Shown here in pieces: positions 55,694-64,000 of a DNA stretch of 64,000 nt. The stretch is from contig CACKRG010000002.1 of the NCBI GenBank assembly GCA_902602515.1, forward strand, positions 115,761-179,760, given 5' to 3'. The DNA is from an uncultured Alphaproteobacteria bacterium. GTDB taxonomy: Bacteria > Pseudomonadota > Alphaproteobacteria > HIMB59 > GCA-002718135. Both the position numbers and the translations under genes were made by a program. Below the pieces are notes generated by a model. That model was not told the DNA's origin. It saw nothing but the letters and a program-made list of their open reading frames with translations, and did not search any database. Position 1 is the stretch's first letter. The number at the start of each line of letters is the position of its first letter.

Positions 55694-56361
55694 TGGTTGA
55701 AAAAGAAGAAGATAAACAACAAGAAGAATTTAAAGAGCCTGATTCTGAGAATATTGAAAACGATGAAGATAATAATGATAGTCAAGAAAACACAAATACA
55801 GAAGAGACAAGCGAAGATGAAAATGCTGATGAAGATAATTTAGAAAAGAAAATTGAGACACTAAAAGAAGAAAAAATCCGATTACTCGCTGAAATGGAAA
55901 ATCTCAGAAAAAGATTTGAACGAGAAAAAGTTGAAACTATAAAATTTGGTAGCATAAATTTAGCAAGAGATATTCTATCGCCAGGAGATAATTTAGAAAG
56001 AGCGCTAGATGCATTGCCAGAGGATGAAAATCATTCAGAAAGTATAAAAAATCTTATTGATGGTTTAAAAATGGTGCTTAAAGAATATAAAAGTACTCTT
56101 GAAAAACATGGTGTAAAGAAAATTGAAACCTTGAATCAAAAATTTGATCATAATTTTCATCAGGCAATGATGGAAGTCGAAAATAATGATGTTGAAGAAG
56201 GAACAGTAGTACAAGAAGTCCAATCAGGTTATACAATGCATGACCGATTACTCAGAGCAGCAATGGTCGGAGTTTCCAAAAAACCAGTCGCTAAAACAGA
56301 AGAGTCTAAAGAAGAAAAAGAAGAAGATAATCCTGAAAATGAGAGTAATGAAAAGTCATAA
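55693..56361 (+). CDS. grpE: Nucleotide exchange factor GrpE
   Basis: Acidic N-terminus, RL.AE.EN.RKR coil and C-terminal RAA.VGV. Confidence 0.9.
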   Translation: MVEKEEDKQQEEFKEPDSENIENDEDNNDSQENTNTEETSEDENADEDNLEKKIETLKEEKIRLLAEMENLRKRFEREKVETIKFGSINLARDILSPGDNLERALDALPEDENHSESIKNLIDGLKMVLKEYKSTLEKHGVKKIETLNQKFDHNFHQAMMEVENNDVEEGTVVQEVQSGYTMHDRLLRAAMVGVSKKPVAKTEESKEEKEEDNPENESNEKS

Positions 56362-56406
56362 AAAAGCCAAAAATACTTGTTTTTTTTAATATAAATCCCA
56401 AACGTC

Positions 56407-56434
56407 CTTGTATTTTAAAACTTTTTTCCCATAT
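56407..56434 (+). promoter_or_regulatory. Sigma32-type heat-shock promoter candidate for dnaKJ
   Basis: CTTGTAT-N13-TCCCATAT, compared with the consensus CTTGAAA-N13-15-CCCCATNT. It lies about 50 nt upstream of the dnaK ATG. Confidence 0.5.
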
Positions 56435-56486
56435 CTAATGTAGCCAATGTTGATTGGTAATTAATTAAGAAAAGAGGACAAAAAAT

Positions 56487-58409
56487 ATGGCAAAAGTAAT
56501 TGGTATTGATTTAGGTACTACAAACTCCTGCGTTGCAGTAATGGACGGTAAGGAAGCAAAAGTAATTGAAAACTCAGAAGGCGGAAGAACAACACCATCA
56601 ATGGTGGCATTCAGTGACACGAAAGAAAAACTTGTTGGACAATCAGCTAAAAGACAAGCAGTAACTAATTCTGAAAATACTTTATTTGCCATAAAAAGAT
56701 TAATCGGAAGAACATTTGAGGATGAAGCAGTTAAGTCTGACAGCGGATTAGTACCTTATAAAATTGTAAAAGGTGATAACGGCGATGCTTGGGTAGAAGC
56801 ACGTGGAGACAAATATAGCCCAAGTCAAATTAGTGCATTTATTTTACAAAAAATGAAAGAGACTGCAGAGTCTTATTTAGGAGACACTGTTACACAAGCA
56901 GTTATAACAGTTCCTGCATATTTTAATGACGCTCAAAGACAAGCAACAAAAGATGCTGGAAAAATAGCTGGACTAGAAGTTTTAAGAATTATTAACGAGC
57001 CTACTGCTGCAGCGTTAGCATATGGTTTAGATAAAAAGAAAACAGGTACAGTTGCTGTTTACGATCTTGGCGGAGGTACATTTGATATTTCTATCTTAGA
57101 AATTGGTGACGGTGTTTTTGAAGTTAAATCTACCAATGGTGATACTCATCTTGGTGGTGAAGATTTTGACCTTAAAATCATTGATTATCTCGCTGACGAA
57201 TTCAAAAAAGATAATGGTATTGATTTACGTTCAGATAAACTTGCCCTTCAACGTTTGAAAGAGGCTGCTGAGAAAGCAAAAATTGAATTATCAAGTTCAA
57301 CTGAAACAGAAGTTAACTTACCATTCATAACAGCTGATCAATCTGGTCCTAAACATTTAACGATTAAATTATCGAGAGCAAAACTAGAAGCCATCGTTGG
57401 TGAACTTTTAAACCAAAGTTTAAAACCTTGCGAAATGGCACTTAAAGATGCCGGTTTACAAGCTGCTGAAATCGATGATGTTATTTTAGTCGGTGGTATG
57501 ACAAGAATGCCTAAAGTAACGGAGATAGTAAAAAACTTCTTTGGTAAAGAGCCTAATAAAGGTGTTAATCCTGATGAAGTTGTAGCTTCCGGTGCTGCTA
57601 TTCAAGCGGGAGTATTACAAGGTGATGTAAAAGATGTTCTACTACTTGATGTTACACCTTTATCACTTGGTATTGAAACACTTGGCGGTGTATTCACAAA
57701 ACTAATTGATAAAAACACAACTATCCCAACAAAGAAGAGCCAGGTATTTTCTACAGCTGAAGATAATCAGAGTGCAGTAACAATTAGAGTATTTCAAGGT
57801 GAAAGAGAAATGGCTGCTGATAACAAATTGTTAGGCCAGTTTGATTTAGTAGGTATTCCACCTGCCGCAAGAGGAATGCCTCAAATTGAAGTAACTTTTG
57901 ATATCGATGCAAATGGTATTGTAAACGTTTCGGCTAAAGACAAATCAACTGGTAAAGAACAACAAATCAAGATCCAGGCTTCTGGCGGATTATCAGATGA
58001 AGAGATTGAAAAAATGGTCAAAGAGGCAGAAGAAAATGCTGAAGCTGACAAAAAGAAAAGAGAAGCTGTTGATACTAGAAACCATGCTGATAGTTTAATT
58101 AATGAAACTGAAAAGAATTTAAAAGAGCACGGAGATAAAATTCCTGAAGCAGATAGAAATAAAATCACAGAGGATATTGAAGAGCTTAAGAAAGTAAAAG
58201 ACGGCGAGGATTTAGAAGCTATAAAATCTAAAACTGAAGCACTTGTTCAGTCATCTCTTAAAATGGGTGAAGCAATTTATAAACAAAACCCTCAAGGTGC
58301 TGGACCTCAACCTGATCAATCGGGAGCTGAACCATCAGCTGATAATACAAAAGATGAAAAGGTTGTAGATGCTGAATTTGAAGAAGTAGACGAAGATAAA
58401 AAAGATTAA
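56487..58409 (+). CDS. dnaK: Chaperone DnaK (Hsp70)
   Basis: [17 protein letters not shown] and [11 protein letters not shown] signatures. 640 aa. Confidence 0.98.
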   Translation: MAKVIGIDLGTTNSCVAVMDGKEAKVIENSEGGRTTPSMVAFSDTKEKLVGQSAKRQAVTNSENTLFAIKRLIGRTFEDEAVKSDSGLVPYKIVKGDNGDAWVEARGDKYSPSQISAFILQKMKETAESYLGDTVTQAVITVPAYFNDAQRQATKDAGKIAGLEVLRIINEPTAAALAYGLDKKKTGTVAVYDLGGGTFDISILEIGDGVFEVKSTNGDTHLGGEDFDLKIIDYLADEFKKDNGIDLRSDKLALQRLKEAAEKAKIELSSSTETEVNLPFITADQSGPKHLTIKLSRAKLEAIVGELLNQSLKPCEMALKDAGLQAAEIDDVILVGGMTRMPKVTEIVKNFFGKEPNKGVNPDEVVASGAAIQAGVLQGDVKDVLLLDVTPLSLGIETLGGVFTKLIDKNTTIPTKKSQVFSTAEDNQSAVTIRVFQGEREMAADNKLLGQFDLVGIPPAARGMPQIEVTFDIDANGIVNVSAKDKSTGKEQQIKIQASGGLSDEEIEKMVKEAEENAEADKKKREAVDTRNHADSLINETEKNLKEHGDKIPEADRNKITEDIEELKKVKDGEDLEAIKSKTEALVQSSLKMGEAIYKQNPQGAGPQPDQSGAEPSADNTKDEKVVDAEFEEVDEDKKD

Positions 58410-58437
58410 CGCTCCATAATTTTTATAAGGAGGAGAT

Positions 58438-59571
58438 GTGGCTGATAAAGATTTCTATGAGATACTAGGTGTTCAACGAAATGCTAGTGATGATGAAATA
58501 AAAAAAGCTTATAGAAAACAAGCCATGAAATATCATCCTGATCGTAACAAGGATGATAAAACTGCTGAAAGAAAATTCAAAGAAGCTGCAGCAGCTTACG
58601 AAGTTCTCAAAGACTCAGAAAAAAGATCAGCTTACGATCAATATGGACATGATGCTTTTAGACAGGGAGGTATGGGTGGAGCACAAGGCTTTGGAGATTT
58701 TGCAGGTGGTTTTTCTGATATCTTTGAAGAGTTTTTTGGTGGAGGGTTCGGAGGACAATCATCAAGAAGACGAGGTCCTCAGAGAGGAAGTGATCTTCGC
58801 TACAACATGTCTGTTTCCTTGCACGAAGCCTTTACAGGTAAAAAGCCACAAATAAGAATACCAACATATGTTGGTTGTGATACGTGTGCTGCTACAGGAA
58901 GTGCGGATAAATCAGGTCCAAGCACTTGTTCTACTTGTGGAGGTGCGGGTAAAGTGCGATCACAACAAGGCTTCTTTTCTATTGAGAGACCATGCCCTAC
59001 ATGTGGTGGAGAAGGTTCGAGTATAAAAAACCCATGTCTTAAATGTTCTGGAACGGGGAATATAAAAAAACAAAAAACAATTTCTGTTACTATTCCAGCT
59101 GGTGTTGATACAGGCACAAGAATTCGAATAGCTGGTGAGGGAGAGCCTGGTGAAAGAGGTGCAGGAAATGGAGATCTCTATATTTTTGTTGAAGTTCAAA
59201 AGGACAAACTTTTTGAAAGGGAAGAAGAAAATTTATTTTGCGAAATACCAATTTCAATTACCACTGCTATTTTAGGTGGTGAAATAGAAGTACCAACAAT
59301 AGAAGGAAAAAAAGCCAGACTTAATATTCCAGCAGGAACTCAATCTGAAACGCAATTTAGACTACGCGGCAAAGGAATGAGTATACTTCGACAAAGCAGA
59401 CGCGGAGATATGTATGTGCAGGCTAATGTTGAAATACCAGTAAATCTAAATACCAAACAAAAAGATATTTTGAGAGAGTTTGAAAATGAAGGAGGAACCT
59501 CAAAAAAACATAGCCCAAAATCACAAGGTTTTTTCTCAAAATTAAAAGAAGTCTGGGAAGATTTAACTTAA
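58438..59571 (+). CDS. dnaJ: Co-chaperone DnaJ
   Basis: GTG start. J domain with HPD, G/F region, four CxxCxGxG zinc motifs. Confidence 0.96.
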   Translation: MADKDFYEILGVQRNASDDEIKKAYRKQAMKYHPDRNKDDKTAERKFKEAAAAYEVLKDSEKRSAYDQYGHDAFRQGGMGGAQGFGDFAGGFSDIFEEFFGGGFGGQSSRRRGPQRGSDLRYNMSVSLHEAFTGKKPQIRIPTYVGCDTCAATGSADKSGPSTCSTCGGAGKVRSQQGFFSIERPCPTCGGEGSSIKNPCLKCSGTGNIKKQKTISVTIPAGVDTGTRIRIAGEGEPGERGAGNGDLYIFVEVQKDKLFEREEENLFCEIPISITTAILGGEIEVPTIEGKKARLNIPAGTQSETQFRLRGKGMSILRQSRRGDMYVQANVEIPVNLNTKQKDILREFENEGGTSKKHSPKSQGFFSKLKEVWEDLT

Positions 59572-59612
59572 TTTCTTTTCAACTTACAATCACCAAAGTA
59601 TAAGAAGTTTTT

Positions 59613-60416
59613 ATGGCAAAAATTAAAATAGCAGTAGCAGGTTGTCTTGGCCGAATGGGTCAGGAAATATCGAAACAAATTTTACAAAATAAAAATTTAG
59701 AATTTGCTGGTGGCTTTGAACACAAAAAACATAAAGATATAAACAAACCTTTAAACAAAATTTCAAGTATACACTCTGCAAAATTAGTTACAGCTAATGC
59801 AGCTCAGTTAATCAAAGAAGCGAATGTCATAATTGATTTTACAACACCTAAGTCTACTTTAGATAATCTTAAAATCGCCTCTGCAAATAAAACAGCAGTT
59901 GTTGTTGGCACAACTGGAATGACAGACGCGCAAAAAAAGATAGTAAAAAGTTATTCTAAAAAAATACCCATACTCATGTCTTCTAACATGAGCTTGGGTG
60001 TTAACTTACTATTTAATTTAGTAAAACAAACGGCATCAGCTTTAAAAGATACTGATTATGATATTGAAATCGCTGAGACTCATCACAAATATAAAAAAGA
60101 TGCACCGTCAGGAACTGCGTTATCTCTGGGTGAGTATGCTGCTGAAGGAAGAACAACTAAATTAAATAAATCAAAAGTTTTAGATCGTACAAAAAAACTA
60201 ACATCTAGAAAAAAAGGTGACATTGGTTTTTCTGTTACAAGAGGCGGTGAAATTGCAGGTGAACATACAGTTAGCTTTATTGGTACAAACGATAGAGTTG
60301 ATCTAGTTCATAAAGCTAATAATCGATCAATTTTTGTAGACGGGGCCATCGAAGCAGCTATCTTTATTTCTAAAAAGAAAACAGGTCTTTTCAATATGAA
60401 TGATTTGTTATTTTAA
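59613..60416 (+). CDS. dapB: 4-hydroxy-tetrahydrodipicolinate reductase
   Basis: GC.GRMG N-terminus and E.HH..K.DAPSGTA motif. Confidence 0.9.
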   Translation: MAKIKIAVAGCLGRMGQEISKQILQNKNLEFAGGFEHKKHKDINKPLNKISSIHSAKLVTANAAQLIKEANVIIDFTTPKSTLDNLKIASANKTAVVVGTTGMTDAQKKIVKSYSKKIPILMSSNMSLGVNLLFNLVKQTASALKDTDYDIEIAETHHKYKKDAPSGTALSLGEYAAEGRTTKLNKSKVLDRTKKLTSRKKGDIGFSVTRGGEIAGEHTVSFIGTNDRVDLVHKANNRSIFVDGAIEAAIFISKKKTGLFNMNDLLF

Positions 60417-60901
60417 TAATAGCTTAATTGTCTTTTAATTTTTAAGTACAAACTTTCTTTTAAATCAGCATGCAAGAAAGTTGCAACTTCAGTTTCTTTA
60501 TCTGATTCTCTAATTGATAATTTAGATTTATTTTTAAATTTTGTAAAAAAAACCTTAGACCAATAAGTGCTGAATTTAGATGAGTGCAAAAGTTTATCAC
60601 CTTTATATTTTTTTATAGATATTTCTTTTTGATCAATATTAATTTCATCCTTAATATTTTTTTCTTTAAAATATAAACGAATTAAATAATATATTACTAA
60701 GTATTCAAGCCCAAGAAATATAGATACTGGCCAAGCGCCTTGTATAATTAGAAAAATAGAGAATAATGAAATCCAACTTATAAAAATAATTCCTAAAATT
60801 AAGAAGACTGATTTAGAACAGCTTTGATAGGGTGTTATATTTTCATTGAGTGAATTCATAATTAACAATAATATAAAATAATCTCTCTGAAAAAGAGACA
60901 T
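60413..60901 (-). CDS. DUF2244-like integral membrane protein
   Basis: Two helices with the GAWPV motif. The probable start is the Met at 60859. Confidence 0.55.
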   Translation of the reverse strand: MSLFQRDYFILLLIMNSLNENITPYQSCSKSVFLILGIIFISWISLFSIFLIIQGAWPVSIFLGLEYLVIYYLIRLYFKEKNIKDEINIDQKEISIKKYKGDKLLHSSKFSTYWSKVFFTKFKNKSKLSIRESDKETEVATFLHADLKESLYLKIKRQLSYY

Positions 60902-61070
60902 ATGTGCGCATATATTAAATTGTTAATTTACCGTTTATTATCAATTTATAATTGCTTCCAAATCCTAAAAAATGGCTAAATTCCTGAGATCTCTTGCTAA
61001 TTTAGTAAGGAACATATAGATGCAAGTCCGAAAAAATAATAAGTAATAAGCTTTATTTAATGATGGTTTA

Positions 61071-64000
61071 ATGAAAAAGATTAATAAAATATTGGCAGCA
61101 AACAGAAGTGAAATTGCTATTCGAATTTTTAGAGCTGCCGAAGAGTCAGGTATCAAAACCGCTGCTATTTATTCAAAAGAAGATCGATTTGCAATTCATC
61201 GTTTCAAGACTGATGAAAGTTATTTAGTTGGTGAAGGCAAAGGTCCAATACAAGCATATTTGGACATAGACTCAATAATTAAAATTGCTAAAGATGCACA
61301 AGTTGATGCTATTCATCCTGGTTATGGATTTTTATCAGAAAGTCCAGAACTAGCTGAACAGTGTGAAAAAAATGACATTACTTTTATTGGTCCCAGTAAA
61401 GAAATACTAAAAAGATTTGGAAACAAAACAGAAGCTAAAAAAGTTGCTGAAGAAGCAAAAGTAGGAACTGTACCTTCTGTTCTAGTAACAAAAGAAAATC
61501 TAAAAAGTGTTGAAAAAGAAGTTGAGAAAATTGGTTACCCTGTAATCGTTAAAGCTAGCTGGGGCGGCGGTGGTCGCGGAATGCGTGTTGTAAGATCAAG
61601 CAAAGAATTAATAGATCAAATTACAACTGCTCAAAGTGAGTCACTTAAAGCTTTTGGAAAAGATGAAGTATTTATAGAAAAATTTTTAGAAGATGCTGCG
61701 CACATAGAAGTTCAAATTTTAGGCGATAGACATGGAAATATTATACATCTTTTTGAAAGAGATTGTTCTCTTCAAAGAAGACATCAAAAGATTATTGAAA
61801 GAGCACCCGCACATTTTCTTGAAAATAAAACTCGAGAAGAAATTTGTAATGCTGCAATTAAAATTGCAAAACAAGTTAAATACTTCGGTGCAGGAACTGT
61901 TGAATTTTTATTTGATAAAAAGTCTGGTGAATTTTATTTCATTGAAGTTAACCCAAGAATTCAAGTTGAACACACAGTAACAGAAGAAGTAACTGGTATT
62001 GATATTGTAAAAGCCCAAATTAAAATTGCAGAAGGTGAAAAAATTGGTGATCACACAGCACTTCCTAAACAAGAAGACATTCATCTAAACGGATTTGCTA
62101 TTCAATGTAGAGTTACTACTGAAGACCCACTTAATAATTTTATGCCAGATTATGGGAAAATAATGACGTACCGATCAGCAGCTGGTTTTGGAGTGAGATT
62201 AGATGCAGCAAACGCGTCTTCAGGTTCAATTATTACACCATATTATGATTCCTTACTTGTAAAGGTTACAACATGGGCAAAGCATCAAGATGACTGTGTT
62301 AAGAGAATGGATAGAGCCTTAAGAGAATTCAGAATTAGAGGTGTTAAAACAAATTTAGTATTTCTTGAATCTCTTATTAACAACAAAGATTTTCTTGACG
62401 GAAATTATAATACCAACTTTGTTGATACAAAAAAAGAACTCTATACCTACAATCCTCAAAAAGATAGAGCGTCAAAAATTGTATCTTATCTTGGTAATAT
62501 AATTGTGAATGGACATAATGATATTACTGGAAGATTTAGTAATAATAAAAGTGTAGAAGTTCAAATTCCTATTTCAAATAAAAAAAGTAAAAAAAATAAT
62601 TACGTAGAAGATTTACAAAGTTTAGGTTCAGAAAAATTTGCAAAAAAAATAAAGGAAACTCCTCACACTCTAATTACTGATACAACGATGCGAGATGCAC
62701 ACCAATCACTTCTTGCTACAAGAATGCGAACTGATGATATTGTTAATATTGCTGAATATTATAATGAGAATCTGAGCAATCTATTCTCATTAGAATGTTG
62801 GGGAGGCGCAACTTTTGATACATCTATGAGGTTTTTAAAAGAAGATCCTTGGGATAGATTAGCTAGATTAAACAATAGAGCTCCCAATATTCTTAAACAA
62901 ATGCTTTTTAGAGGCTCTAATGCTGTTGGGTACAAAAATTATCCTGATAATGTTGTTAAACATTTTATTCAACAGTCAGCTGAAGCAGGAATTCATGTAT
63001 TTAGAGTTTTTGACTCTTTAAACCTAATTGATAATATGCGTGTAGCCATTGATGAAGTACGCAATCAAAATAAAATTTGTGAAGGAACTATTTGTTATAC
63101 AAATGATGTAACAAATCCAAATGAAAAAAAATATACATTAAAATATTATATTGATCTTGTTAAAGATTTAGAAAAAGCAGGAGCAAATATTATTGCTATA
63201 AAAGATATGGCAGGATTGGCAAAACCTAATGCCATAAAAAAATTAGTAAACGAAATTAAACAAACAACTGACCTTCCAATTCATTTTCATACACACGATA
63301 CATCTGGCACCTCATCAGCATCAGTACTTTCAGCAATAGAAGAAAAAGTAGATATTGTTGATCTTGCCATTGACTCCATGAGTGGTCTAACATCCCAACC
63401 TGCACTTGGTTCAATTGTATCTATAATGAAACAAAATCACCAAGATCCTAAGCTTGATGAAGAAGTTATTAGGACATTATCTTTGTATTGGGAGCAGGTT
63501 CGTCAAAATTATCATGCTTTTGAAACTGATTTTAAAGGTGGAAGCTCTGATGTGTATCTTCACCAAATGCCTGGCGGACAATTTACTAATTTGAAAGAAC
63601 AAGCCAGATCTTTGGGAATCACAACGGATAAGTGGGGAATGGTTGCAAATAAATATGCAGAAGTAAATCAACTTTTTGGAGATATTGTGAAGGTGACACC
63701 ATCTTCTAAAATTGTAGGAGACATGGCCCTTTACATGATTGCTAATGATTTAACCAAAGAAGATATATTAGATCCAAAAAAAGAAATTTCTTTTCCAGCT
63801 TCAGTAATTGAGTTTTTTAAAGGTGAAATTGGCATACCTCATGGCGGCTTTCCAAAGGATTTACAAAAAAAGGTCCTTGGAGATACAAAACCTTTAACGA
63901 AAAGACCAGGAGAAGTATTGCAATCTGTTGACCTAAATAGAGAAATTAAAAATTTAGAAGAAGAAATTGGAACAAAAATTAATCAAAAGCATCTTGCATC
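61071..64000 (+). CDS. pyc: Pyruvate carboxylase, partial (3' end beyond the right edge)
   Basis: Absent from the ORF track because it is open to the window edge. The N-terminal biotin carboxylase region (ILAANRSEIAIRIFRA, KASWGGGGRGMR) is followed by the carboxyltransferase signature ITDTTMRDAHQSL. Confidence 0.92.
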   Translation, partial: MKKINKILAANRSEIAIRIFRAAEESGIKTAAIYSKEDRFAIHRFKTDESYLVGEGKGPIQAYLDIDSIIKIAKDAQVDAIHPGYGFLSESPELAEQCEKNDITFIGPSKEILKRFGNKTEAKKVAEEAKVGTVPSVLVTKENLKSVEKEVEKIGYPVIVKASWGGGGRGMRVVRSSKELIDQITTAQSESLKAFGKDEVFIEKFLEDAAHIEVQILGDRHGNIIHLFERDCSLQRRHQKIIERAPAHFLENKTREEICNAAIKIAKQVKYFGAGTVEFLFDKKSGEFYFIEVNPRIQVEHTVTEEVTGIDIVKAQIKIAEGEKIGDHTALPKQEDIHLNGFAIQCRVTTEDPLNNFMPDYGKIMTYRSAAGFGVRLDAANASSGSIITPYYDSLLVKVTTWAKHQDDCVKRMDRALREFRIRGVKTNLVFLESLINNKDFLDGNYNTNFVDTKKELYTYNPQKDRASKIVSYLGNIIVNGHNDITGRFSNNKSVEVQIPISNKKSKKNNYVEDLQSLGSEKFAKKIKETPHTLITDTTMRDAHQSLLATRMRTDDIVNIAEYYNENLSNLFSLECWGGATFDTSMRFLKEDPWDRLARLNNRAPNILKQMLFRGSNAVGYKNYPDNVVKHFIQQSAEAGIHVFRVFDSLNLIDNMRVAIDEVRNQNKICEGTICYTNDVTNPNEKKYTLKYYIDLVKDLEKAGANIIAIKDMAGLAKPNAIKKLVNEIKQTTDLPIHFHTHDTSGTSSASVLSAIEEKVDIVDLAIDSMSGLTSQPALGSIVSIMKQNHQDPKLDEEVIRTLSLYWEQVRQNYHAFETDFKGGSSDVYLHQMPGGQFTNLKEQARSLGITTDKWGMVANKYAEVNQLFGDIVKVTPSSKIVGDMALYMIANDLTKEDILDPKKEISFPASVIEFFKGEIGIPHGGFPKDLQKKVLGDTKPLTKRPGEVLQSVDLNREIKNLEEEIGTKINQKHLA

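Noticed and set aside
60900-60915. Near-palindrome ATATGTGCGCATATAT upstream of the DUF2244-like gene and pyc.
   Set aside because: The palindrome is imperfect (7 of 8 pairs), it overlaps the annotated 5' end of ORF 60413-60901, and it has no second copy or recognisable consensus.
1-64000. A search by eye for CRISPR arrays, IS elements or transposases, integrases, rRNA genes, riboswitch-like GC-rich leaders and long tandem repeats.
   Set aside because: None was seen. The only RNA gene is tRNA-Gly. Visual scanning cannot exclude short or degenerate elements, so a computational repeat and covariance-model scan (Infernal/Rfam, ISEScan, minced) is still needed.

Overview
This is a 64-kb, strongly AT-rich, very gene-dense alphaproteobacterial chromosome segment. 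Compaction and synteny look like a SAR11/Pelagibacterales-type genome: a crtI-crtB-crtY-blh retinal cluster, parB-parA-rsmG-mnmG-mnmE-rho facing maf-aroE-coaE-dnaQ, hslVU, hisBH-AFE, hrcA-grpE, dnaKJ and pyc. That assignment comes from reading the sequence only; no database search was possible.

The window has two parts.

(1) nt 1-12582 is an accessory island that ends at the 3' end of a tRNA-Gly(GCC) gene. It consists almost entirely of orphan genes:
- a translationally coupled DGQHR (DndB/ParB-like) gene plus a large GHKL-ATPase gene that runs off the left edge
- a tightly packed block of five membrane or secreted orphan genes
- an orphan degenerate receiver domain
- a winged-helix plus zinc-ribbon pair
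No integrase, transposase, CRISPR array or rRNA gene is visible.

(2) nt 12583-64000 is conserved housekeeping sequence.

The best candidate for an undescribed system is the DGQHR + GHKL cassette at nt 1-3703, which looks like a DNA-targeting conflict or defence module, together with the neighbouring envelope-gene block.

Other observations in the core region:
- two copies of a parS-like TTTCACGTGAAA palindrome at the mnmE/mnmG junction
- a 376-bp AT-rich rho|maf gap that is a plausible oriC
- sigma32-type promoters upstream of dnaK and hslVU
- an ArnT-like glycosyltransferase / tandem PAP2 operon that may remodel lipid A
- a perfect 18-bp palindrome in the leader of a compositionally atypical porin gene

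All functional calls rest on motifs I could read by eye, plus synteny.
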